Source: a bacterium
GTDB taxonomy: Bacteria; Bacillota; Clostridia; Christensenellales; DTU072
Direction of reading: 5' to 3'
DNA length: 64,000 nucleotides
NCBI GenBank assembly: GCA_963644945.1
Contig: CAVIQK010000002.1
Span: forward strand, 111,326-175,325
Part shown: piece by piece, positions 55,580-63,465 of the stretch
Position numbering within the stretch: position 1 is the first letter of the stretch
How the letters are laid out: every line of letters begins with the position of its first letter
The notes under the pieces: model-generated
What the model saw: the letters and a program-made list of their open reading frames with translations, nothing else
Databases searched by the model: none
What the model was told of the DNA's origin: nothing
Program-made: the position numbers and the translations under genes

Positions 55580-56445
55580 TTTTTGGTTTGTGGTCTGTTG
55601 CCACCAAAATAGCAAATTCCTATCGTGTCGGGACCACAGTGAGCACCGATTACAGGACCGACATCATATTTCCAAACAGTCGCTTCTGGGCGACCTTCTT
55701 TGATTTTTTTGATAACATAGTCGCATTGTTCACCGCAGTCGGCATTCATAACAACAATAGGATACTTGTCGGTCAATATAGCCGTCTCGACTACCTCGCC
55801 AATTATGTATTGCAAAGATTGTTTTCTGCCTTGTTTACGTTGGAACATTTCGAGTATTCCGTTTTCGGGGATACGCAAAATAGGTTTAATTTTGAATGTC
55901 GATGCAATGGCAGCCTTCCAAGGAGAAACACGACCGCCTCTCTTCAAATATTTCAAATCGTCTATTGCGATAATTGCATTTGCTTTAGGCTCCAACTCGG
56001 TGAGTACACTGACAATTTCATCAATGGTTTTGCCTTCTTTATATAGAAGTGCGGCAGCATATACAATTATGCCGGCAGCCATACTGATACATTTTGTATC
56101 GAACCATTCAAAACGCACTGTAGGGTATTGTTCTTGAAGTTGAGCGACAGCAATATTCATTGCATTGAAAGTATGAGAAAAAGGAGTACCGAATGATACA
56201 TACAAAATGTCTTCACCTTTTTCGAAAAACGGTTTGAAGTAATCAATATAATTTTGGATATTCAAAGCCGCTGTTGTAGGGACTTCACCGTTTCTCATAG
56301 CATCGAAAAATTCATGCATATCGGTGTTTTCATCGGGGAAAAGTTCTTCACCTTTGAAAACATAAGGCATTTTGATAACTTGCAAATTATATTCTTTAAT
56401 TATGTCAAATGATATTTCGGAATCAGTATCGCAAAATAATACCAT
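55576..56445 (-). CDS. DegV family fatty-acid-binding protein
   Basis: 289 aa; DDLKYLKRGGR and GPVIGAHCGPDTIGICYF; AGGAGG SD. Stop overlaps the apbE start (ATGA). Confidence 0.88.
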   Translation of the reverse strand: MVLFCDTDSEISFDIIKEYNLQVIKMPYVFKGEELFPDENTDMHEFFDAMRNGEVPTTAALNIQNYIDYFKPFFEKGEDILYVSFGTPFSHTFNAMNIAVAQLQEQYPTVRFEWFDTKCISMAAGIIVYAAALLYKEGKTIDEIVSVLTELEPKANAIIAIDDLKYLKRGGRVSPWKAAIASTFKIKPILRIPENGILEMFQRKQGRKQSLQYIIGEVVETAILTDKYPIVVMNADCGEQCDYVIKKIKEGRPEATVWKYDVGPVIGAHCGPDTIGICYFGGNRPQTKK

Positions 56446-56476
56446 CGGATATCCTCCTAATAATACATATAATACA

Positions 56477-56505
56477 ATTATATGGTATTTTTATGTTCAA
56501 TGCAA
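56477..56505 (-). promoter_or_regulatory. promoter of the degV-apbE-NusG_II-Gx operon
   Basis: Minus strand reads TTGCAT-17 nt-TATAAT. Confidence 0.65.
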
Positions 56506-56571
56506 GACTGAATTTTACTTTTTTAATGCGATTTTGGAAAAATGGGTAGTATTTTAATCAAATTGTTTCAA

Positions 56572-56600
56572 TTGACATAATTCTTGTTTTAGTGTAACAT
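56572..56600 (+). promoter_or_regulatory. promoter of nagB
   Basis: TTGACA (56572-56577), 17 nt, TAACAT (56595-56600). Confidence 0.55.
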
Positions 56601-56628
56601 CAAGTTATAAAAATTTTTAGGAGCGACT

Positions 56629-57351
56629 ATGAAAGTTTATATTGTTGACAATTATGATGAAATGAGCAAAAAAGGTGCCGAGGTTATTGCCGAAGTAGTA
56701 AAAAACAACGAAAATGCCGTACTAGGTCTTGCCACCGGCTCTACTCCGATCGGAGCGTATGAAGAACTTGCCAAAATGAATAAAAATGGCGAAATTTCAT
56801 TTAAAAATGTTCATACAGTGAATCTTGATGAATATATCGGACTCGATGCATCCAGTGACCAAAGTTATGTTTATTTTATGTCAAAAAATTTGTTTGATAA
56901 AATCGATATTGACAAAGCAAATACTAATTTGCCTTCAGGTGTAGCCAAGGATACAAAAGAAGAATGCAAAAGATATTCAAAACTTTTATCCGAAAATAGA
57001 CAAGATATACAACTTTTAGGACTCGGTAGCAATGGCCACGTCGGATTTAATGAGCCCGGGACATCATTTTCAAGCACAACACATATTGTAGATTTGACAG
57101 AAAGCACAATAAAAGATAATTCGAGATTGTTTGAAAAAATAGAAGACGTACCTAGACAAGCAATAACAATGGGAATTGCCGAAATAATGTCCTCTAAAAA
57201 AGTCCTTGTCCTTGCAAGTGGCAAAAACAAAGCAAAAGCAGTATATCAAATGGTAAAAGGTGATATTGATGAAAAATGTCCCGCCAGCATATTACAAAAA
57301 CATGCCGACTGCATTGTTGTCGTAGATAAGGATGCCGCCTCACTTTTATAA
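56629..57351 (+). CDS. nagB: glucosamine-6-phosphate deaminase
   Basis: LGLATGSTP, LGLGSNGHVGFNEPG, ITMGI motifs; 240 aa. Confidence 0.94.
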   Translation: MKVYIVDNYDEMSKKGAEVIAEVVKNNENAVLGLATGSTPIGAYEELAKMNKNGEISFKNVHTVNLDEYIGLDASSDQSYVYFMSKNLFDKIDIDKANTNLPSGVAKDTKEECKRYSKLLSENRQDIQLLGLGSNGHVGFNEPGTSFSSTTHIVDLTESTIKDNSRLFEKIEDVPRQAITMGIAEIMSSKKVLVLASGKNKAKAVYQMVKGDIDEKCPASILQKHADCIVVVDKDAASLL

Positions 57352-57383
57352 TCAAGTATCTAAAAAAATCTAAGATAAATTAA

Positions 57384-57422
57384 AAGAGAGTTAAACTTTT
57401 TGATAAAGTTAACTCTTTTTTT
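57384..57422 (+). terminator. intrinsic terminator after nagB
   Basis: GAGTTAA(A)CTTT-loop-AAAGTTAACTC hairpin followed by 7 T. Confidence 0.8.
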
Positions 57423-57473
57423 ATAGTTAAGCGATCGGTTTTTGTTGACTTTAATATCGATAACAAACTATTA

Positions 57474-57510
57474 CACAAAATAAAACGAACCCGAGATTAT
57501 CTCGAGTTCG
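57474..57510 (-). terminator. intrinsic terminator of the tRNA-Leu pair
   Basis: Minus-strand RNA CGAACUCGAG-AUAAU-CUCGGGUUCG (10 bp, one G-U pair) followed by UUUUAUUUU, 13 nt after the tRNA CCA end. Confidence 0.8.
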
Positions 57511-57523
57511 CTTTATTGTTGTT

Positions 57524-57607
57524 TGGTGCGGTCGATGGGACTTGAACCCATATGGTGTAACCATACGCCCCTCAAACGTACGCGTCTGCCTGTTCCGCCA
57601 CGACCGC
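57524..57607 (-). tRNA. tRNA-Leu (anticodon GAG), 84 nt, encoded CCA
   Basis: Hand-folded cloverleaf: acceptor GCGGTCG/CGACCGC, D arm GCGG..CGC, anticodon stem TACGT/GCGTA with loop TTGAGGG, long variable arm TGGTTACACCAT, T arm ATGGG-TTCAAGT-CCCAT, ACCA. Confidence 0.9.
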
Positions 57608-57624
57608 AAAGATGTATTGTCTCA

Positions 57625-57707
57625 TGGTGCGAGATAAGGGACTTGAACCCATATGGTTTCCCACATGAACCTGAATCATGCGCGTCTGCCAATTCCGCCA
57701 ATCTCGC
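57625..57707 (-). tRNA. tRNA-Leu (anticodon CAG), 83 nt, encoded CCA
   Basis: Acceptor GCGAGAT/ATCTCGC, anticodon stem CATGA/TCATG with loop TTCAGGT, variable arm TGGGAAACCAT, T arm ATGGG-TTCAAGT-CCCTT (one U-U mismatch), ACCA. Confidence 0.88.
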
Positions 57708-57717
57708 GTGCTAGATA

Positions 57718-57746
57718 ATATTACAATAAAAGGTTTTTGTTGTCAA
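57718..57746 (-). promoter_or_regulatory. sigma-A promoter of the tRNA-Leu pair
   Basis: Minus strand reads TTGACA-17 nt-TAATAT; the -10 box ends 10 nt before the first tRNA nucleotide. Confidence 0.8.
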
Positions 57747-57808
57747 CTATAAAAATAAAAATATCTTGAATAATTGCAAAATTATTTTTATTGAATTTAA
57801 GTTCGGTA

Positions 57809-57837
57809 TTGCAATATTTATATTATAGGGGTATAAT
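57809..57837 (+). promoter_or_regulatory. promoter of galU-hpf
   Basis: TTGCAA (57809-57814), 17 nt, TATAAT (57832-57837). Confidence 0.7.
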
Positions 57838-57866
57838 TTAGGTAGAAAGAAAATAGCGAGGTTGAT

Positions 57867-58748
57867 ATGTCTATTGTAAAAAAAGCAATCATTCCGGCAG
57901 CAGGGTACGGCACGAGATTTTTGCCGGCAACTAAGTCGATGCCAAAAGAGATGCTCCCCATCGTGGACACCCCGTCGATTGAGTTGATTGTTGAAGAATG
58001 TATAAATAGTGGTATAACAGATATTTGCATCATACTTGGGAGAAATAAAAATTCCATTTGTGATCATTTTGATATAAATTTTGAATTACGTCAAAAACTA
58101 ATCGAGAAAAATACAGATGACTCGAAGGCTCTTGTTAAAATGATTGACAAGTTTAAGGGCGTAAACATTTGTTATGTGCGTCAAAGCGAAATGCTCGGCA
58201 CTGCAAAAGCAATAGGATTATGTGAGTTTTTTGCCGCAGGTGAGCCTGTTGCGGTTTTATTTGGCGACGATGTTATGTATAATCCCGAAAATCCCGTCAT
58301 AGGACAACTTATCAAAGCATACGAAAATACCGGTAAAACCATAGTCGGTGTACAAGAAATGCCGAGAGAAGAAGTAGTCAAATACGGTGTTGTTGTCCCC
58401 GGCAACCAAAAAGGTAAATATGTCGAATTGCTCGGGTTTAAGGAAAAACCAAAACTTGATGAGATTCCTTCTACAATGACGAGCCTTGGTCGATTCGTTT
58501 TGGCTCCGGATATTTTTGATTTTATAAGAGAAACACCGGTTTCTTCTAGTGGAGAATATTATTTACCTACGGCTATTGAACTTCAAGCCAAAGTTTCGGG
58601 CGCTTATGCCTATATCTTTGACGGAAAACGATATGACATTGGAGATAAACTCGGCTATGTTGAGGCAAATATTGAATATGCATTGAGAAATCCTAATTTG
58701 GCGGAAGGATTAAAAACATATTTAGCAAAACTTGTAAAAAATTTTTAG
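57867..58748 (+). CDS. galU: UTP--glucose-1-phosphate uridylyltransferase
   Basis: KAIIPAAGYGTRFLPATKSMPKEMLPIVDTP, LGDD and VEKP-like (FKEKP) motifs. Confidence 0.95.
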   Translation: MSIVKKAIIPAAGYGTRFLPATKSMPKEMLPIVDTPSIELIVEECINSGITDICIILGRNKNSICDHFDINFELRQKLIEKNTDDSKALVKMIDKFKGVNICYVRQSEMLGTAKAIGLCEFFAAGEPVAVLFGDDVMYNPENPVIGQLIKAYENTGKTIVGVQEMPREEVVKYGVVVPGNQKGKYVELLGFKEKPKLDEIPSTMTSLGRFVLAPDIFDFIRETPVSSSGEYYLPTAIELQAKVSGAYAYIFDGKRYDIGDKLGYVEANIEYALRNPNLAEGLKTYLAKLVKNF

Positions 58749-58760
58749 GAGGAATTCATA

Positions 58761-59273
58761 ATGAAACTAGAAATTGTATCTAAAAACTACACCGCAAGCG
58801 AAAAACTGCAATCTATCATTACAAGTAAACTACAAAAACTAGATAAGTATTTCTATGATGATGCTGTTGCGTATGTAAACCTTGAAAAAATCGGCAATAC
58901 CAACAAGCATAAAATGGAAGTATCTATTAGATTTGCCGGCAAACTTCTAAGAGCAGAAACAATATCAGATAACATGTACAATAATATTGATGTTATCGAA
59001 CAAAAACTTGATCGCCAAATTAGAAAGAATAGAACTAGACTTGCTTCTAAAATTAGAGTTGAGTCGTTTGATACGCCTCTAGAAGAAAACAATGTTGAAA
59101 TTGTCAAAACCAAGACTTTTGCGTTGGTTGAGTTGACTGTTGACGAAGCAATAGGAGAGATGGAACTTTCAGGTCATGATTTCTATATTTTCTTGAATGC
59201 CGAAACCGGAAAAGCATCGGTTGTTTATAAAAGAGCAGACGGAAACTTTGGTTTGCTAGTACCCGAATATTGA
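58761..59273 (+). CDS. hpf: ribosome hibernation promoting factor, long form
   Basis: S30AE N-domain plus C-terminal dimerisation domain (...MSVEEA-like TVDEAIGEMELSGHDFYIFLN...VVYKRADGNFGLL). Confidence 0.9.
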   Translation: MKLEIVSKNYTASEKLQSIITSKLQKLDKYFYDDAVAYVNLEKIGNTNKHKMEVSIRFAGKLLRAETISDNMYNNIDVIEQKLDRQIRKNRTRLASKIRVESFDTPLEENNVEIVKTKTFALVELTVDEAIGEMELSGHDFYIFLNAETGKASVVYKRADGNFGLLVPEY

Positions 59274-59274
59274 T

Positions 59275-60087
59275 ATGATACAATTAGGAGCATCCACGGC
59301 GAGTTTATTTTTGAAGGCTTACAATGAGGATGCATTAGACATTTATAATAATTTTGGAATTTCGGTCGTAGAGGTCTTCCTCTCGACCTTTTCCGAATAT
59401 GAAAAAGATTTTGTTGACGAACTTAAAAGAAGACAAGGAAATCTTAATGTATATTCCGTCCACACTCTAAATCAACACTTTGAGCCGGAACTATTTTCCA
59501 AAAACATCAGAGCCAAATTAGATGCCGAAAATATTTTGAAAAAAATTTGTTATGCAATAAAAACATTGGATGCAAAATATTACACTTTTCATGGCCCTGC
59601 TCGAATGAAACGCACTCCTTACAACATAAATTTTGAAAATTTTGGAAAAAGACTTGACGAAATCAATGTTTTTATTAAAAATTATGCAGGGCAAGGAGAA
59701 CTTGCTTACGAAAATGTGCATTGGACGTATTTCAACTCACCGGAATTTTTTGAAAGCCTAAAACCTTATTCCGGTGTATCGACTTGTCTTGATATAAAAC
59801 AAGCGATGCAGTCAAAATATGATTGTTATGAATATATCAAGGTAATGGGAAATCGTCTTAAAAATGTCCATATTTGCGATTGGGATGAAAACGGTAAACT
59901 CAAAATGTGCGGAGACGGGATATTTGATTTTACCGAATTTTTCAAGGTCCTAATTGATTCGGGATACGATGGAGCAGTGATGCTAGAAGTATATCCGGAG
60001 AGTTATGGCGGAATTGACGAACTAAAAAAATGTTTTGAAAAAATGCAAAATTGTTTATATAAAGCATCAGGAGGTATATATGCTTAA
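59275..60087 (+). CDS. sugar phosphate isomerase/epimerase (xylose-isomerase-like TIM barrel, AP_endonuc_2)
   Basis: 270 aa. Pattern VEVF..., YYTFHG, AYENVH, HICDWD, VMLEV, typical metal-ligand spacing for this fold; specific substrate unknown. Confidence 0.7.
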   Translation: MIQLGASTASLFLKAYNEDALDIYNNFGISVVEVFLSTFSEYEKDFVDELKRRQGNLNVYSVHTLNQHFEPELFSKNIRAKLDAENILKKICYAIKTLDAKYYTFHGPARMKRTPYNINFENFGKRLDEINVFIKNYAGQGELAYENVHWTYFNSPEFFESLKPYSGVSTCLDIKQAMQSKYDCYEYIKVMGNRLKNVHICDWDENGKLKMCGDGIFDFTEFFKVLIDSGYDGAVMLEVYPESYGGIDELKKCFEKMQNCLYKASGGIYA

Positions 60088-61471
60088 ATTTGATTACAAC
60101 AACATGATGAAAGATTATGTCGGTCAACACGGATTTGAGAAATCGGATCTGGAAAAGATGGCAAAAGATGCAAAAAAAGCCGCAAATGCAGTAAAAGAGC
60201 ATAGAGGTCAAGGCATGCAAGGATGGTCAACTCTTCCTTATGACCAAAACGATATTGTCAAAGATATTATTGCAACAGCAAAAGATGTAAGAAAAAAATG
60301 TGAGTATTTTGTCGTGCTAGGTATCGGCGGATCCGCATTAGGCCCTATGGCAGTGTTCCAAGCACTATGCCACCTTCACCACAACGATCTAAAGAGAAGT
60401 GTTAGAAAAGCACCTAAATTCTATGTAGAAGACAATGTTGATCCGGAAAGAATGGCAGCACTATTCGATGTCGTCGATCTAGATAAAACAGTGTTTAATG
60501 TTATTACAAAATCGGGATCTACATCCGAAACAATGTCCCAATATTTGATTGTTATGGATGCATTAAAGTCAAAATATGGCGACAATGCTAAAGATCATAT
60601 CATTGCAACAACTTCCGAATCTAAAGGCAATTTGATTAAAATTGCAAAAGAAGAAGGACTTAAAACATTCTATATCCCCGACGGAGTAGGCGGAAGATTC
60701 TCTGAGTTATGTCCTGTCGGTTTGCTCCCTGCTGCAGTCCTCGGTATTGATATTAAAGCAATGCTAAAAGGTGCCAAAGCAATGGACAAAGCCTGTGCAT
60801 CGAATGATTTGTTCAAAAACCCCGCACTAATGGCCGCTGTTTTACAAAAAATTGCTATGGACAACGGAATGAATATAAGTGTTATGATGCCTTATGCGGA
60901 TAGTCTAAAATTGATTGCCGATTGGTACGCACAACTTTGGGGAGAAAGTCTTGGTAAAAGAGTCGATAAAGACGGAAATGTTGTTTATGCAGGTCAAACA
61001 CCTGTAAAATCGCTAGGTGTCACTGATCAACACAGCCAAATTCAACTTTATACAGAAGGACCTTTTGACAAAGTCATTACGTTTATCGGAGTTGAAAAAT
61101 ATAGAAAAGAGGTCGTCATTGCCGACGGATGCAAGAATATCCCTTCGGTTAATTTCCTCTCAGGTCATACAATGAACGAACTGATTACATCGGAAATGCT
61201 TGCTACCGAATATGCAGTAACAACCGCAGGAAAACCCAATTGCATGATTACTCTTGACGAAGTGAGCGCATTCTCAATCGGAGAATTATTGTGGTTCTTT
61301 ATGATGCAAACAGCATACACCGGAGAACTTCTCAATGTCGATACGTTCAATCAACCGGGTGTAGAAGCCGGCAAAAATGCAACATACGCATTGCTCGGTC
61401 GTGAAGGATACGAAGAGAAAGCCGAAGAATTGAGAAATGCTAAACAAAAATCTAATGAATATGTAATTTGA
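60080..61471 (+). CDS. pgi: glucose-6-phosphate isomerase
   Basis: ATG 60080 after AGGAGG (track ORF 60035 is an extension). LGIGGSALGP, KSGSTSET, GGRFSE, TDQHSQIQLY motifs. Confidence 0.95.
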   Translation: MLKFDYNNMMKDYVGQHGFEKSDLEKMAKDAKKAANAVKEHRGQGMQGWSTLPYDQNDIVKDIIATAKDVRKKCEYFVVLGIGGSALGPMAVFQALCHLHHNDLKRSVRKAPKFYVEDNVDPERMAALFDVVDLDKTVFNVITKSGSTSETMSQYLIVMDALKSKYGDNAKDHIIATTSESKGNLIKIAKEEGLKTFYIPDGVGGRFSELCPVGLLPAAVLGIDIKAMLKGAKAMDKACASNDLFKNPALMAAVLQKIAMDNGMNISVMMPYADSLKLIADWYAQLWGESLGKRVDKDGNVVYAGQTPVKSLGVTDQHSQIQLYTEGPFDKVITFIGVEKYRKEVVIADGCKNIPSVNFLSGHTMNELITSEMLATEYAVTTAGKPNCMITLDEVSAFSIGELLWFFMMQTAYTGELLNVDTFNQPGVEAGKNATYALLGREGYEEKAEELRNAKQKSNEYVI

Positions 61472-61475
61472 TTTT

Positions 61476-61503
61476 AAGCCTCTCAATTGAGAGGCTTTTA
61501 ATT
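61476..61503 (+). terminator. intrinsic terminator after pgi
   Basis: AAGCCTCTC-AATT-GAGAGGCTT hairpin followed by TTTAATT (short T tract). Confidence 0.7.
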
Positions 61504-61517
61504 AAACTTATCTAAAA

Positions 61518-62102
61518 ATGAAAACTGTAGCCATAGTATTAAATACACCGGAAAATATTCCACAGGTAGAAGAAAAAGATATAATTTGTGCCGATGCCGG
61601 TAGAAAAAAAATAAATAAAAAACCTATTGCAACAATAGGTGATTTTGACAGCACCGAAATACCTAACAATGAAAATTGTATCATTTTCCCGAAAGAAAAG
61701 AACGAAACCGATGGTCAACTTGCCATTGATTATGCCAAATCACTTGGCTATGATAAAATCGTTGTTTACGGAGCGACAGGCGGAGATATAGGCCACGTAC
61801 TAGGGAATATCGGATTACTTAAGTATGCTTACAACAATTGTGTTGACTGTGAAATCAAAGGTGAAAATTTTGTAATCAAACTTTTGACGGGCGATGTTAA
61901 ACTAAACGTCGGTAAAAGTAAGAAGATCTCATTGTTTCCGTTTTTTGGCGATGCACTTGTAAGAAGTAGCAAAGGATTGTTTTATCCATTGCAAAACCTA
62001 AGTCTTGAAGCGGGAACAAATAGAGGACTGTCTAATATTACTACCGACGATGAAGTTTTGTTGTCAATCGCAAAAGGCTATCTACTAGCAATTATTTTTT
62101 GA
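61518..62102 (+). CDS. thiN: thiamine diphosphokinase
   Basis: 194 aa; CADAG, IGDFDS, EKNETDGQLA, VYGATGG motifs. Confidence 0.85.
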   Translation: MKTVAIVLNTPENIPQVEEKDIICADAGRKKINKKPIATIGDFDSTEIPNNENCIIFPKEKNETDGQLAIDYAKSLGYDKIVVYGATGGDIGHVLGNIGLLKYAYNNCVDCEIKGENFVIKLLTGDVKLNVGKSKKISLFPFFGDALVRSSKGLFYPLQNLSLEAGTNRGLSNITTDDEVLLSIAKGYLLAIIF

Positions 62103-63224
62103 GTTTTCTGCGGTTTCAGATTTTTCTTTGTTTTGAATATTTTGATTGACTAGTCTATTAAAACTTTTATTGCTAAATAGTGCGATTCCTACTATAACAA
62201 CTAGGGCAGTATCGGCCAAAGTGAAGGTGTTGTATATGAAGCCCCAGCCGACTGCCGAGTATCCGTCTGCCGCATAACACGAAAATGCAAATATGCCGGA
62301 CAAAACATGAGAAAAATATCTCATTATTCCTGATAATATTGCCCCCACAACAAATGAGACTATATTATTTTTAATCAAATTATGTTCTTTGAAAACTCCT
62401 GCAAGACCTAACATTCCGAAAGCAATAGGATAATCAAGGAAAAACTGTGCCGGATGTATTATGTAAGGATCAATTATTGCTTGTAAAAAACCATATATAA
62501 TACCTATAATAATTCCTTTTTTTGTACCAAAAATGTAAGAATATAGCATGATCGGTAGCATCGATACAAGAGTTATCGAACCTCCTTGCGGAAGTTTGAA
62601 AAATTTTATATTAGAAAGAGCAAAAGCCGTTGCAACCGAAATTGCGGCATAAGCCAATTCTGTCGAGGAAAATCCTTTGTTGTCTTTGGATAAGAAAAAG
62701 GAGAAAACAGCTAATATCGCTATAAGTATTATTGCGCTTATATATAATCCGAGTTCGGATACATTTGAATAATAATCTTTTACATCGTTATAGTATATAG
62801 CAATGATAATTATCGATACTATTACCGGTATTGTTGCTACTATTAAAGCAATTATTTTATATTTGTAGAGTAAATTTGGCTTTTTAATTTTAACTATGCC
62901 ACCGAGTCCAAGTAAAATCATTGTGACAACAAATATAGACATAATCGGATAAAACAATAGCGGTTGGAAACTTCCGTCAACTATTGAAGTGTTAACAGTA
63001 AGAGTAAATATTATTGCGGATATTGCCAGAGCATAACCGAATATAAATGATTTTATGCCTGAGAGAAATTTTTGTAGATAATCGGGATAACTTTTTTTGA
63101 TTATAATTAAAATTATTGGTATGATCGCGGCAATTATAATTGTCAAATAGAAGACGATAACTTCAATTTGTGAAAAAGTGTCTAAAGTTGAAAACGGCTC
63201 TGACAAAATTGTATAAAAATTCAT
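62085..63224 (-). CDS. thiT: ThiT-type thiamine transporter (ECF S-component) fused to an extra ~185-aa, ~5-TM N-terminal region
   Basis: The C-terminal half (from ~aa 186: ELAYAAISVATAFALSNIKFFKLPQGGSITLVSMLP...) resembles ThiT. A TPP riboswitch lies immediately upstream. AAGGAG SD. Confidence 0.75.
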   Translation of the reverse strand: MNFYTILSEPFSTLDTFSQIEVIVFYLTIIIAAIIPIILIIIKKSYPDYLQKFLSGIKSFIFGYALAISAIIFTLTVNTSIVDGSFQPLLFYPIMSIFVVTMILLGLGGIVKIKKPNLLYKYKIIALIVATIPVIVSIIIIAIYYNDVKDYYSNVSELGLYISAIILIAILAVFSFFLSKDNKGFSSTELAYAAISVATAFALSNIKFFKLPQGGSITLVSMLPIMLYSYIFGTKKGIIIGIIYGFLQAIIDPYIIHPAQFFLDYPIAFGMLGLAGVFKEHNLIKNNIVSFVVGAILSGIMRYFSHVLSGIFAFSCYAADGYSAVGWGFIYNTFTLADTALVVIVGIALFSNKSFNRLVNQNIQNKEKSETAENSKNNC

Positions 63225-63299
63225 AAAAACTCCTTGCGCTCATAATTAAGTTGATTGAGGGCAAGTTTTTTGAAAGAACATTCAAAAAGATTATTTCTT

Positions 63300-63390
63300 A
63301 TTAAATAAATTGCTTTCTTTCGTGAGTACTAACTCAATCAAGTTCAAAGGGTTTAATCTCAGGCAAGGTCTTTGCCACCCCTAGCGCTAA
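63300..63390 (-). promoter_or_regulatory. TPP (THI-box) riboswitch
   Basis: Minus strand reads CUAGGGGUGGCAAAGACCUUGCCUGAGAUUAAACCCUUUGAACUUGAUUGAGUUAGUACUCACGAAAGAAAGC. It contains the conserved GGGGUG, CUGAGA and ACCCUUUGAACnUGAU cores in the correct order and spacing. Confidence 0.88.
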
Positions 63391-63395
63391 AAATA

Positions 63396-63423
63396 TTATT
63401 ATCAATTTTCAAATTGCCGTCAA
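63396..63423 (-). promoter_or_regulatory. promoter driving the TPP riboswitch-thiT transcript
   Basis: Minus strand reads TTGACG-16 nt (ending TGa)-TAATAA. Confidence 0.55.
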
Positions 63424-63428
63424 GCATA

Positions 63429-63458
63429 TTGACTTATTATTGAATTTCAAATTATAAT
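63429..63458 (+). promoter_or_regulatory. promoter of the ABC ATPase gene (leaderless candidate)
   Basis: TTGACT (63429-63434), 18 nt, TATAAT (63453-63458), then 7 nt, then ATG 63466; no Shine-Dalgarno. Confidence 0.55.
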
Positions 63459-63465
63459 TTTATGC

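Noticed and set aside
57513-57714. Two ~62-aa ORFs on opposite strands.
   Set aside because: They coincide exactly with the two tRNA-Leu genes, and the open frames are incidental.
57747-58067. 106-aa minus-strand ORF overlapping the galU promoter and 5' end.
   Set aside because: It has no SD, it overlaps the strongly supported galU start, and its sequence is AT-rich and low-complexity.
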